Origin: Candidatus Micrarchaeota archaeon
Lineage (GTDB): Archaea; Micrarchaeota; Micrarchaeia; Anstonellales; Bilamarchaeaceae
Direction of reading: 5' to 3'
DNA length: 64,000 bases
NCBI GenBank assembly: GCA_964588555.1
Contig: CAZPPT010000004.1
Coordinates: 6,476 to 70,475, forward strand
Every line of letters starts with the position of its first letter. Position 1 is the stretch's first letter. The notes under the pieces were generated by a model. The model saw only the letters and a list, made by a program, of their open reading frames with translations, did not search any database and had not been told where the DNA came from. This document shows positions 27,103 through 36,658 of the stretch, piece after piece. The translations under genes and the position numbers were made by a program.

Positions 27103-28143
27103 CTAATAAATAACTTCCTCAAGACGCTTTTTCTTCTGCGCAAGCTTAAGCTCATATGCAATCCGCCTGCCAACGCCCATCGGTTCCTTGTAATAATAAA
27201 GCGAATATGCCGACCCATTCGGGTGCACGTTTGTCCCGGCGACAATGCGCGCAGATATCTCAAATGCATAGATGTCCAGGTCGTCATTGATGATCGTCTC
27301 GACGCTGAACGGGCCAAACATGCCGCCAAAGAGTTCAAAGCTCGCCTCACTTACCTTCCTGCCTATTTCCATGTATTGGCTTAGGAGGCTTTCACGGAGC
27401 ACAAGCGACTCGTTGCCCATGACTGTAAAGCTTAAGTTCGGCTTGATTCCCGCGCTTACCCCCCGTGCGATTTCATCAGCGCTGCTCTCAACGCGCCGGT
27501 CAACACCAAGGATCTCAAGGCGGCCTTGTTTTGTCCGGTACCCGTGTTCGATCACGGGCGACATGAAATAATGCGGATATGCACGCACGCCAACGATAAA
27601 TTCCTGTATCATGCATTCCTTGTTGCCGACCCGCTCTTCAAAATCCTCCTGCGACTTGACGATCAAATAGCCATGCCCGCCCTTTGCCCCTGGAAATTTT
27701 ACTATTGCCGGGCCGTCTATCTCACTTGGATTTAGTATTCGCGGAGTCCTGATCTTTGCGCGATGAAGCCACTCGAACATCTTTTTCCGCGAGCGCTCCC
27801 AGGCAACGCTTGCCCGCCTTCCGTAGATGGGGACTTCCAACTCATCAAATTTTGGCCCCGTATATTCGACAAAGCTTCCGTGCGGGATGATTATTGCCTC
27901 CTCCTCCACAAGCTCGCTTTCCGGGATGCTCTTGTAATCCTCAACCACAAGGTATTCATCAGGCTGTGCAAGCGGGAAACTTTCATACAATTCCTTCTTA
28001 TCTTCCCGTACAATGCCGATCGTCTTTATCCCTTCCTGCCGTGCACCGTAGAAAATCTGCAATGAGGAGTGCGAACAGATCGTCGCGATCTTGAAATTTT
28101 TATATGATTTTAGAATTTGGTCTATCTTCTCTTTAGTTACCAT
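27103..28143 (-). CDS. purP: 5-formaminoimidazole-4-carboxamide ribonucleotide synthetase PurP
   Basis: IATICSHSSLQIFYGARQEGIKTIGI N-terminal region and an ATP-grasp C-terminal half, 346 aa. Archaeal PurP pattern. Confidence 0.8.
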   Translation of the reverse strand: MVTKEKIDQILKSYKNFKIATICSHSSLQIFYGARQEGIKTIGIVREDKKELYESFPLAQPDEYLVVEDYKSIPESELVEEEAIIIPHGSFVEYTGPKFDELEVPIYGRRASVAWERSRKKMFEWLHRAKIRTPRILNPSEIDGPAIVKFPGAKGGHGYLIVKSQEDFEERVGNKECMIQEFIVGVRAYPHYFMSPVIEHGYRTKQGRLEILGVDRRVESSADEIARGVSAGIKPNLSFTVMGNESLVLRESLLSQYMEIGRKVSEASFELFGGMFGPFSVETIINDDLDIYAFEISARIVAGTNVHPNGSAYSLYYYKEPMGVGRRIAYELKLAQKKKRLEEVIY

Positions 28144-28185
28144 ATCAATGTATGGACTTTTATGTTTTTATAGATTTGCTTTTAT

Positions 28186-28647
28186 ATGTGCCGCATGGCT
28201 GAAAAAACCGCATTCATTAAAATCACTGTTGCACTACATGCTATTGCGGCACTTCTTAATCTTGGTTTATCCATAATTACCTTTATCTTAATTAATTCGA
28301 TAAACGAAACTCCTTTTCTTACATATGGCTCTAGCTTTTGGGGAGTAGATGCAGATGACGTGATTATTGCAGAAAGTATGAAAACGTTTGCATTTATGGC
28401 AATTGGAACCAGTACCTTATTCGTTTCTGCCTATCTACTAGCGGGCTATTTTCTTTGGAAATTAAACAACAAGGCGCGCTATGCCGCTTTGGCACTCGCA
28501 ATTTTTGGGTTAGGGTTTGGCATTCTTGATTTGTTTTCAGGAAGTATCTATGGAATAGTTGTGCTCCTGTGGAATGGGTTTGTTGTTTATACATTGTTTA
28601 TTGATCAGAAAACAAAGCCACTCTTCCCTTCAAAAAATACAAACTAA
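28186..28647 (+). CDS. small membrane protein
   Basis: 153 aa, four hydrophobic segments. Confidence 0.5.
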   Translation: MCRMAEKTAFIKITVALHAIAALLNLGLSIITFILINSINETPFLTYGSSFWGVDADDVIIAESMKTFAFMAIGTSTLFVSAYLLAGYFLWKLNNKARYAALALAIFGLGFGILDLFSGSIYGIVVLLWNGFVVYTLFIDQKTKPLFPSKNTN

Positions 28648-28820
28648 TTGGGTATCAGACGCTGTTGACTCGCTCATCGAAGCAAAGCTTCTCGCTGGTT
28701 GTTCATGTCATCATCTAAATAAATAACGCAGAATATGTTTATAATTACGCTGCCGACTTTTTGCTATATTTGCAATAGTATTATAAATATAACTATAAGT
28801 ATAATTATACTGGTGATATA

Positions 28821-29030
28821 ATGGAAGTACGTACACGCGTTAGGCGATGGGGTAATTCATTTGGAGTTACTATCCCAAAAGATGTAGCAGAAGGCATGCA
28901 TATTCATGAGGATGAAGAGGTAATCATAGAAGTTAAGAAAACATTCTCAATCAAGGATGCATTCGGTTCCCTTAAGCCAAAACGGTCAGTTGAAGAGATA
29001 ATGAAAGAAGTAGATAAAGGGTGGGACTGA
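28821..29030 (+). CDS. vapB: AbrB/MazE-type antitoxin (VapB-like)
   Basis: RRWGNSFGVTIPKDVAEGMHIHEDEEVIIEV. GGTGAT RBS. Confidence 0.8.
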   Translation: MEVRTRVRRWGNSFGVTIPKDVAEGMHIHEDEEVIIEVKKTFSIKDAFGSLKPKRSVEEIMKEVDKGWD

Positions 29031-29407
29031 TGTATTACCTAGACACCTATGCGATTTTAGAGTATATATTTGGAAATCAAAAGTTTAAACAGTATGTAGA
29101 CGATGCGAATTTTTGTCTCAGCAGATTTAATCTAATGGAGATGTACTATGCGCTTCTTAGAGATTTTAATGAGGAAACTGCTGAAAAGTACTTTGAATCT
29201 TTTGCAATTGCAGAGGTCGAAATCTCTGAAAGAACGCTAAAAAACGCAATGAAAAGGCGATTGGAACTGCATGGAAAAAAATTGGATATTTCGTATGTTG
29301 ACGCAATCGGTTATCAATATGCTTTAGATAATAAATTAAAATTTGTGACTGGTGATAGAGAATTCAAGAATCTTGATTCTGAAAATATAATTTATTTGGG
29401 AAAATAG
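29030..29407 (+). CDS. vapC: PIN-domain toxin (VapC-like)
   Basis: MYYLDTYAILEY..., SYVDAIGYQYA and FVTGDREF. Shares the TGATG junction with its antitoxin. Confidence 0.8.
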   Translation: MYYLDTYAILEYIFGNQKFKQYVDDANFCLSRFNLMEMYYALLRDFNEETAEKYFESFAIAEVEISERTLKNAMKRRLELHGKKLDISYVDAIGYQYALDNKLKFVTGDREFKNLDSENIIYLGK

Positions 29408-29408
29408 T

Positions 29409-30476
29409 TCAGCTAATTATTTTCCTTACCGCCTCAAGACACGCATCCAACTCTTCTTTTGTTACATGCCCCATGTTTGAAATGCGTAATCCCGTATCCT
29501 TGTACGCGCCGCGCGAGCCGACAATTTTTATTTTATATTCTTTTGCGAGTTTATCCCTGATTATTTTTGCTTTTTCCGCAGAGTCTGCATAAAAGCCAGT
29601 CACCGTATTGCTTTCAAATCCTTTTTCCGCAATAAGGCTAAACCCGAGTTCAGTGACGCGCTTTCGTACGTATTCGCTTAGTTCCATGTGCCGCTTTACT
29701 GCGCCGCTTAGGCCGCCTTTTTTATCAAGCATGTCAAATGCCTTCTGCAATGCCCAAAAAAGGGTAATTGCAGGCGTATTTGGTGTCTGCCGGTCTTTCA
29801 GGTAGCGCTTCTGGTGCCTCCGAAGGTCAAGGTAATAGCTCGGTATCCTGTCGCGTTTCGAATAACGCTCAACTGCCTCATTGCTTAACCCAATAAGCGC
29901 CATGCCCGGCGGTGCGGCAATGCCCTTCTGGCTCCCGGTCACAAAGCCGTCCACTTCGTATTCCTTAAAATTAAAATGGGTCCCTGGCCATGCGGATATG
30001 CCATCGATAATGACGAGCATCCCTTTTTTCTTTGCATATGCGCAGATCTCTTTGATATGATTGCGCACGCCGTAACTCGTTTCGTTGTATACCATGCCAA
30101 GTATGTGCGCCCCGCTTTCGTCAATATGTTTCTTTGCACGTTCCAGGTTCCATCCCTGTCCGTCCGGAAGCGTGTGCTCAATAACATTCGTATATACCTT
30201 TGCAGTCTCAACAAATTTTTGTCCAAATTCGCCATTTGGAAAACAGACCATTTTTTCGTTTGGCATAGAGAGGTTTGCCATCAAGCATTCCAAACCAAGT
30301 GCGCCGCTTCCCGTAATCACGTATGCTTCCTCACTTTGATAGTATGCGCGTAATCGTTCGACTAAATCAGTATAGAGTGCCGTAAACTCGCTTGAGCGGT
30401 GCGTAATCATTTCCTGCGCTTGCGCATTGCTGATTTCAGGTAAAACTTTTACCGGACCGGGGGCTAAGAGGATCAT
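29409..30476 (-). CDS. class V aminotransferase (serine-glyoxylate / phosphoserine aminotransferase-like)
   Basis: PLP-lysine motif GSQKGIAAPPG, 355 aa, class V layout. Confidence 0.8.
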   Translation of the reverse strand: MILLAPGPVKVLPEISNAQAQEMITHRSSEFTALYTDLVERLRAYYQSEEAYVITGSGALGLECLMANLSMPNEKMVCFPNGEFGQKFVETAKVYTNVIEHTLPDGQGWNLERAKKHIDESGAHILGMVYNETSYGVRNHIKEICAYAKKKGMLVIIDGISAWPGTHFNFKEYEVDGFVTGSQKGIAAPPGMALIGLSNEAVERYSKRDRIPSYYLDLRRHQKRYLKDRQTPNTPAITLFWALQKAFDMLDKKGGLSGAVKRHMELSEYVRKRVTELGFSLIAEKGFESNTVTGFYADSAEKAKIIRDKLAKEYKIKIVGSRGAYKDTGLRISNMGHVTKEELDACLEAVRKIIS

Positions 30477-30515
30477 AATGTAGATATTAGTAAAGAGGGA
30501 TTAAAAAGAGTGGGT

Positions 30516-31307
30516 TTAACCCCTCGTTAATTCGAACTCTTTTTTCCCCTCGACAATGAGTGTCTGGATCGTGCCTGCGGGCAGCGCATTAAGAATTGCG
30601 TATGCACCGTCAAGAGCCTCGTCAAAGGGCGGCTGACCAAACGATGTACTCGTCCCGCTTATTTCAAGCATTCCGTTGTGATGCCTCAAAAGGCCCCCTC
30701 CGTTTGCAAGATGCCCTTCAGCGTATTGCCTTACGAAAAGATAATCCAGGATTTCGTGCGTATCGATCCCCTTGTTCTCTTGCACCCATGCAAGATAATG
30801 CACGTTTGAAATGCCCTCCGGTGTAAGGAGTACATATTTTGCATATGTCGTTTCGGCGGGTATTGTCGGAAGCGACACCCATTTGTTATGCGGTTTTCTC
30901 CACACACCTTCTATTTGTGCCTCGAGCCTCATGGTGAGTACTACCCTGCAAATCGGCGATTCCCGTATTTTACGCCCTGCAGCGCCTTCGCCATTCGCAG
31001 TGAGTTCTCTTGAATTTGCAATCGCCCTGATTACGCCTATGCTTAGCTCCATGATTTCCTTAAGACGCACTCGTTGTGAGGATTCGGTGATATTATTTCT
31101 AAGCATCCCTTCGGTTGCATGTTCGCGGTCCATTACAAATGCGGTGTTGGGAAGGTGGACTATTGGTTTTCTGAGCAGGGGATCAAAATGGGCGTCAACA
31201 AAAAATATCTCTTTCGTTTTTTCTAGGCGGACCGTTGTCCTAAATGTTCCGCCATTATTTGACAGAATCGGCCGCGCAAGTCTTTTGAATTGCAGTGTGC
31301 TTGCCAT
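30516..31307 (-). CDS. hypothetical protein
   Basis: 263-aa ORF, co-directional with and between the ParB-like gene and the aminotransferase. Confidence 0.5.
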   Translation of the reverse strand: MASTLQFKRLARPILSNNGGTFRTTVRLEKTKEIFFVDAHFDPLLRKPIVHLPNTAFVMDREHATEGMLRNNITESSQRVRLKEIMELSIGVIRAIANSRELTANGEGAAGRKIRESPICRVVLTMRLEAQIEGVWRKPHNKWVSLPTIPAETTYAKYVLLTPEGISNVHYLAWVQENKGIDTHEILDYLFVRQYAEGHLANGGGLLRHHNGMLEISGTSTSFGQPPFDEALDGAYAILNALPAGTIQTLIVEGKKEFELTRG

Positions 31308-31338
31308 ATAGTATATTGTACAGAAGTCTTTTTATTGA

Positions 31339-32148
31339 TTAATAAATTACAATAACTGGCTCAACATACCTTCGTACGTTTCCGTTGTACACGCGGTTTT
31401 CAAGCATTTGGCGTAAATAGCGATGCGCTGCCTGCTTATCCTCATGAAGCCAGCCAAGGCGCATATTAAGCCTGATAATCCGGTTTGGGATGAGGTGGCG
31501 CGTTGATTTTGGCGGAAAGGGCGTATGTTGTTCTGCCGCCTTTATGATTTCCTCTTTTGAAAACGGCCGCCTGAATAGCACCGTATATCCCTTCTCCAGG
31601 TATTCGTCCGCCTGGTCGTCGGCAATATAACGTACTTCGGTGTCATTTTTCATGCTGCCGAGGATGGAGTTCTGTACCTCAATAAGCTCAGTCATCTTAT
31701 AATTGCCTGGTGCAATGAATGAGGCATTTTTACCCCCCTTGTTTTTTGATACTGCCATGGCTGCGGCCTTTGAGCCAAACAGCGCCGCCTTGCCGGCCCC
31801 GAAGTCGACCGTTTCAACCTTTACTTCTTTTGGCACCACTTCTTGGAGCGGCTTATTAATTGCAAGATACCATGTACCGACCTCTATTTTTGGGTCATCG
31901 TAGTCGACGACCTGGCACGTTGCCTGCGGGCATTCGATTATCTGGAGTACGTTAAGCCGGTGGTTGCCGTCAAGCACCACCTTGTGCTTTTTATCAACAA
32001 TGATGGGGTCAACAAGCTGCCCGATGTTAAGCATGGCCTCCTTGAGGCGCTTGACGTTCGGCGGCACGGTCTGTTCGTGGGGTAAGAGATCCTTTACTGC
32101 AAGGATGTCAAGCTTGCCTAGTATGTCTTCTAAGAGTGTGGTTCCCAT
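31339..32148 (-). CDS. ParB/sulfiredoxin-fold domain protein
   Basis: LLPHEQT...VDPIIVDKKHKVVLDGNHRLNVL matches the ParB-N/Srx nucleotide-binding pattern. Confidence 0.6.
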   Translation of the reverse strand: MGTTLLEDILGKLDILAVKDLLPHEQTVPPNVKRLKEAMLNIGQLVDPIIVDKKHKVVLDGNHRLNVLQIIECPQATCQVVDYDDPKIEVGTWYLAINKPLQEVVPKEVKVETVDFGAGKAALFGSKAAAMAVSKNKGGKNASFIAPGNYKMTELIEVQNSILGSMKNDTEVRYIADDQADEYLEKGYTVLFRRPFSKEEIIKAAEQHTPFPPKSTRHLIPNRIIRLNMRLGWLHEDKQAAHRYLRQMLENRVYNGNVRRYVEPVIVIY

Positions 32149-32278
32149 AGGATCAATAGATATGAAAACATCTCATAGTGTTTAAATAGATATCGGGCTT
32201 TGGCTTCGTGAAAGAAGAAACAATTTCCTGGCATATGTTTTTATTCCGTAACAACAATATTCCCTTATTTGTGGTCCC

Positions 32279-32779
32279 ATGGCGCTCCAAACATTTACCA
32301 ACGCATGCAGCCTTGTTTTTAAGAATAAAAAGAACCTAGCCCTCAGCCTGTTTCTTTCAGCAGTTTTCTTTTTTTTCTACGTTTCAGTACCCGTACTTAC
32401 GGTGCCAGGCAACAGCTACTCCTTTTTTATCTCAGCAACTCCCCCTCTCGAGCTTGCCTTTATTCTTGTCCTTTCATTGCTTATTGGGATTCTCTTTAGC
32501 ATGCACTTCTACGCGTGGAAGCACGGACATCAAAATAACAAGAACGCCGCACTTGGCATAAGCGGGTTTTTTGCAGGCATATTTGCAAGCATATTCTCCA
32601 CAGCCACCTGTATCAGCTGTGTCTCCGTGCTCTTTTCGTTTCTTGGTTTTGGCGGGATTCTTTTCCTAGCAGAGCATAAGAGCGAGATCACGGCGCTTAG
32701 TTCGGTCTTCGTCATTTCAGCTCTTTTTTTCACCTCCAAAAAAATTACGGGTGAATGCAAAAGCTGCAAGGTTCGGTGA
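32279..32779 (+). CDS. membrane protein with two CxxC motifs
   Basis: Four to five TM segments. CISC lies within a TM segment and CKSC at the C-terminus. Confidence 0.55.
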   Translation: MALQTFTNACSLVFKNKKNLALSLFLSAVFFFFYVSVPVLTVPGNSYSFFISATPPLELAFILVLSLLIGILFSMHFYAWKHGHQNNKNAALGISGFFAGIFASIFSTATCISCVSVLFSFLGFGGILFLAEHKSEITALSSVFVISALFFTSKKITGECKSCKVR

Positions 32780-32783
32780 GGAA

Positions 32784-33281
32784 ATGGGACTGAGATACGC
32801 CTTCATTTCTGTCATTCTTTTGTTAGGATGCGTTGCTGAAAGCAGTAGCCTCGCTGACAACACTTCCGTGCGGTATCAATCGCCAGATGTATCATCCAAT
32901 GAGGCAGTTAGCGTAATTGAGCCTGCTGCGGCCGAACTGACCCTAAACAATTCGCGTGTCAACAATTCAGAAATCAAAAATTCCTCACTTGTTCAGGTTT
33001 ATTTCTATTATTCGCCGATCTGCCCGTTTTCACATGCAATTGCCCCGTATGTTGACCTGGTGGCAACAAAATATGCAAACAGCACAGAATGGCACCGATT
33101 CAATGTGCTTGACTCGCTTGACATTCTTGAATATAACGCAATGGCAGCACAGTTCAACCTTACTGAAGGAAACGGCCGCGTTGTACCTATTATCGTTATT
33201 GGGAATACGAGCCTAAGCGGCATGTTTGAAATAAACCGGAGCCTTGAGAGCCTTATCATCAACATGTCCCAGGCGATATGA
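32784..33281 (+). CDS. thioredoxin-fold lipoprotein-like protein (CPFS motif)
   Basis: ATG after GGTGAGG. Signal and lipobox-like ILLLGC. YFYYSPICPFSHA (CxxS) and VPIIVIG are typical of a Trx/Grx fold. Confidence 0.6.
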   Translation: MGLRYAFISVILLLGCVAESSSLADNTSVRYQSPDVSSNEAVSVIEPAAAELTLNNSRVNNSEIKNSSLVQVYFYYSPICPFSHAIAPYVDLVATKYANSTEWHRFNVLDSLDILEYNAMAAQFNLTEGNGRVVPIIVIGNTSLSGMFEINRSLESLIINMSQAI

Positions 33282-33991
33282 TGGAGCGCAATCCTTACCG
33301 CTTTGCCGAGCTTGATATTCTTCGCGGCATTGCTATTAGTATGGTCGTCATTTTCCATTTGTTCTTTGACCTTGACTACCTTGGCATCATTGAAAACGGG
33401 ATGTACGAAGGGGCATGGCTTATTTTTCAGCGCACTGCCGCAACACTCTTTGTGCTTGCCGCAGGCATTTCAATTGTTTTAAGCGAGTCACGGAACCGCG
33501 AAGGCTATCTCCATCATGCAAGGCGCGCTTTGTTTTTAGGGATAATTGCGCTTGTTATTACGGTCGCCACGTGGATTTATCCGCACGACGGTTTTATCAT
33601 ATTTGGGATACTCCATTTTCTTGCGCTCTCAATCCTTATCGCACCCCTCTTTTTTAGGTTTAGGGCATGGAACGCGCTTATTGCACTTTTTGTTATTGCA
33701 GCCGGTTTTTCCCTTTGGCAAGTCGATAGCCCGTATCTTGTGTGGCTTGGGCTTACGTATCCTGGGTTTTATACCTTGGACTATTTCCCGCTTTTACCGT
33801 GGTTTGGGGTATTTTTGGTTGGGGTGTCAATCGCGTATGGATTATATTCAAATAATACACGCCGTTTCGATTTAAAAATTAATGAAAAAAATACGCTTGT
33901 ACGATTTCTGTCTTATTTAGGAAGGAATACGCTTTTGATCTATCTGGTTCATCAGCCGGTTATCATAGCAATTCTCCTTTTAATTCGATAA
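33278..33991 (+). CDS. DUF1624/acyltransferase-3-like membrane protein
   Basis: RFAELDILRGIAISMVVIFH N-terminal signature, about 7 TM segments. Confidence 0.65.
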   Translation: MMERNPYRFAELDILRGIAISMVVIFHLFFDLDYLGIIENGMYEGAWLIFQRTAATLFVLAAGISIVLSESRNREGYLHHARRALFLGIIALVITVATWIYPHDGFIIFGILHFLALSILIAPLFFRFRAWNALIALFVIAAGFSLWQVDSPYLVWLGLTYPGFYTLDYFPLLPWFGVFLVGVSIAYGLYSNNTRRFDLKINEKNTLVRFLSYLGRNTLLIYLVHQPVIIAILLLIR

Positions 33992-34041
33992 ACCCTCAGT
34001 TTTAATATATTGCTATATAATATTTATATAGGCGATTATAT

Positions 34042-34284
34042 ATGAGTTATACTACAATTCAAATCACTTCCGAAACTAAACATAAGCTTGCACAATTAAA
34101 AAGTGACGGGCGGGAGACATACGATGAACTTATAAACGCGCTTATTGAACTTATTCCTTCAAAAGATGATGAAGGCACGTATACAAACGAATTTAGGGCC
34201 TCTCTTTTAAGAGGTCTTTTGGACATTCGCCGGGGTCGTACCTATTCCGACGAAGAAGTACGAAAAAAATTGGGGATCGAGTGA
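34042..34284 (+). CDS. antitoxin (RelB/ParD-like partner of RelE)
   Basis: 80 aa, overlaps the downstream RelE-type gene by 4 nt. Confidence 0.65.
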   Translation: MSYTTIQITSETKHKLAQLKSDGRETYDELINALIELIPSKDDEGTYTNEFRASLLRGLLDIRRGRTYSDEEVRKKLGIE

Positions 34285-34532
34285 CCTTTGCGATTACTTA
34301 TTCTGAAGAAGCATTATATCAGCTTAAGAAGTTAGATAATCAAACTGCCAAGCGTATTCTTGACAAGGTAAAGGAGGCGGCAACAAAACCTCGTCATTTT
34401 TTTGAACGTCTCAGGGGAAGGGAGGCGTATAAGCTTCGGGTTGGTGATTATCGACTAATTGCATTTCTGTTTTTTACCGAAGAACGAATTTTTGTTTCAT
34501 CCATTGGGCACCGTAAAATTTATGAAAAATGA
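34281..34532 (+). CDS. relE: RelE/ParE-family toxin
   Basis: YKLRVGDYRLIAFLFFTEERIFVSSIGHRKIY matches the RelE/StbE core pattern. Confidence 0.8.
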   Translation: MTFAITYSEEALYQLKKLDNQTAKRILDKVKEAATKPRHFFERLRGREAYKLRVGDYRLIAFLFFTEERIFVSSIGHRKIYEK

Positions 34533-34575
34533 TTTTCATTACTTCTTTTTAACCTAACGCCCCATAAGCTACCTT

Positions 34576-35451
34576 ATGAAAATTATCGTAGCAGACACCA
34601 TGGAGGAAGAGGTTATTACTGAACTTAAGAACCTTGGTACGGTCGTGTACAAGCCGGCAAACCTGCCAAGCGAACTGTCAAATGCGCATGTCCTGATAGT
34701 GCGGAGTGCAACAAAGGTCACCCGCGAGCTTATTGCCAATGCACGCGAGCTAAAAATTGTCGCACGTGCAGGCGTCGGCCTGGATAATGTGGATACAAAG
34801 GCGTGCGAAGAACGCGGGATTAAGGTGGTCAATACCCCTGGCGCAAGCAGTAACGCGGTTGCAGAGCTCGTAATCGGACTTCTTTTTTCGCTTCACCGCA
34901 ACATCTATAAGGCACATCTTCTTATGAAGAATAAAATATGGGAAAAATCAAAACTTATTGGAAGTGAAATAGCCGGCAAAAAGTTAGGCATCATTGGTTT
35001 TGGCCGCATTGGTTCATTAGTTGCACAAAAAGCAAAGGCGCTTGGCATGAACGTTGTCGCCTACGACCCAACGCCACGCCCTGACGCTGCCGTGCAATTT
35101 GTAGACCTTGACACACTTTTACGCGAATCCGACATCCTTACAATCCATGTCGCACTCACACCCGAAACGCGCAATTTTATAAATCGGGATTCGATCGGCA
35201 AGATGAAGAAAACAGCGTATCTTGTCAATACTTCACGCGGTGAAGTGGTTGACGAGGACGCATTATATGGGGCATGTAAAGACGGCAAAATCGCAGGCGC
35301 TGCGCTTGATGTTTACAAGAAAGAACCGTATGACGGCAAGCTCCTTGAACTTGAAAACGTCTGCTTTACGCCACATCTTGGCGCAAGCACGAAGGAGGCG
35401 CAGGTGCGTATCGGAACTGAACTTGTTGAGAAGCTAAAAACGCTCCTATAA
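34576..35451 (+). CDS. D-isomer-specific 2-hydroxyacid dehydrogenase (SerA-like, no ACT domain)
   Basis: NAD fold GIIGFGRIGSLVA. Catalytic-region motifs NTSRG...D and TPHLGAST. Confidence 0.8.
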   Translation: MKIIVADTMEEEVITELKNLGTVVYKPANLPSELSNAHVLIVRSATKVTRELIANARELKIVARAGVGLDNVDTKACEERGIKVVNTPGASSNAVAELVIGLLFSLHRNIYKAHLLMKNKIWEKSKLIGSEIAGKKLGIIGFGRIGSLVAQKAKALGMNVVAYDPTPRPDAAVQFVDLDTLLRESDILTIHVALTPETRNFINRDSIGKMKKTAYLVNTSRGEVVDEDALYGACKDGKIAGAALDVYKKEPYDGKLLELENVCFTPHLGASTKEAQVRIGTELVEKLKTLL

Positions 35452-36657
35452 GCTTGCGACTTTTTCCCTTTTTCTTGCTTCTGCAATTTCACTATACCGC
35501 CGTACAAGTATCTCCCAGGTTGTCATGTCAAGAACCTTGTTTGCCTTGCGGTATTTCTCATCGCTTCGCACGCCTGCAGCAAAATACGATAGTGCCTCAT
35601 CCTGCCGGCCTTCAAGGTTGTTCCGCTGGGATCGGCTTAATTGCCCTGCCTCAGGCGAATTGAGCAAGAACCCTGAAAGCATGGTAACTGCCGTACTTAT
35701 TTTTCCAATCCGATAGTCCACGTCCGATTCACTTGGCCGCGTATCCTTTTGCGGTTCCTTTGGCCTAAATGCGGCTGCGATACGCTCGAAAAACGAGGGG
35801 GGTCGTTCCTCCTTGAGTTGCGGCAATAACTGCCCAATTGATTCCATCCCGATCCCCTGCATGATCCGCTCCGCCTCACGGAATATATCCAGCATTCCTT
35901 GCTCAGTGGTTTTTGGATCAGTTCGCCCTGCGATTATCTTTTCCTCAAGCCGGACAAGTCGGAGTGCGCCCTCGGCCATCTCCTGCTCATGTTTATTTCT
36001 TGAAAATACGAGCGGAGGTTGGGGCACTTCCTCTTCGTTTCTTGCCATCTGTTTTCTTTTGTCATATGACTCTACCAGTTGCCAGAGCCGCTTGCTTGCT
36101 TTCTCATACCCAATTTGGCTGGCGACAAATTGCGCTTCAGCAATGATATTTTTTTCTTCAGGGTTTGATAAGGAAAGGCCATACGCCCGCCGTGCCTCAG
36201 CTTCGATTGCCTGTGCCGGGTCTTCCTTTGCAAGCCGCTTAAATGAGGGTCGGTTTGTTGTAAATTCATCTGTTACTGGTGGGGCAGCCTTCTTCCTTTT
36301 ACTGGTGCCCCGTTCGTCCATAAGGTACCTGCTTGCGGCAGCATATCCCTTTGTTTTTGCAATCCCCTGCGCAGCCATTACGAGTTCGTGTTTTGGACCA
36401 AGGCCATAGACGTGTTTTGCCTCAAACCGAATCGCGGCTGTGGGATCCTTTTCCTTTAATCGTGAGAACGCAAGCTCCTTTATTGCCAATTTTATGCCTG
36501 CCTCGCTTCCTTTCCTCACAGCACTACTTATGAGGTTTGTGCGTTCGGATGCGGTTAGTTGGAGATCCTTATATGCCCCACCAAGCAACCGCTTTAATTC
36601 CTGCTGTGCAAAATTTGTAAGTGCCTCATCCTCGCCTGTTTTCATTGCCTGCGCCAT
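35446..36657 (-). CDS. hypothetical protein with internal repeat
   Basis: Start at MAQAMKTG, next to the upstream stop. Repeated unit KDPTAAIRFEAKHVYGL... / EDPAQAIEAEARRAYGL.... Confidence 0.5.
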   Translation of the reverse strand: MAQAMKTGEDEALTNFAQQELKRLLGGAYKDLQLTASERTNLISSAVRKGSEAGIKLAIKELAFSRLKEKDPTAAIRFEAKHVYGLGPKHELVMAAQGIAKTKGYAAASRYLMDERGTSKRKKAAPPVTDEFTTNRPSFKRLAKEDPAQAIEAEARRAYGLSLSNPEEKNIIAEAQFVASQIGYEKASKRLWQLVESYDKRKQMARNEEEVPQPPLVFSRNKHEQEMAEGALRLVRLEEKIIAGRTDPKTTEQGMLDIFREAERIMQGIGMESIGQLLPQLKEERPPSFFERIAAAFRPKEPQKDTRPSESDVDYRIGKISTAVTMLSGFLLNSPEAGQLSRSQRNNLEGRQDEALSYFAAGVRSDEKYRKANKVLDMTTWEILVRRYSEIAEARKREKVASL

Positions 36658-36658
36658 A

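Noticed and set aside
26638-27384. A 248-aa plus-strand ORF spanning the uppS/purP junction.
   Set aside because: It is antisense to two recognisable genes, has Ser/Leu/Arg-rich low-complexity composition, and has no RBS.
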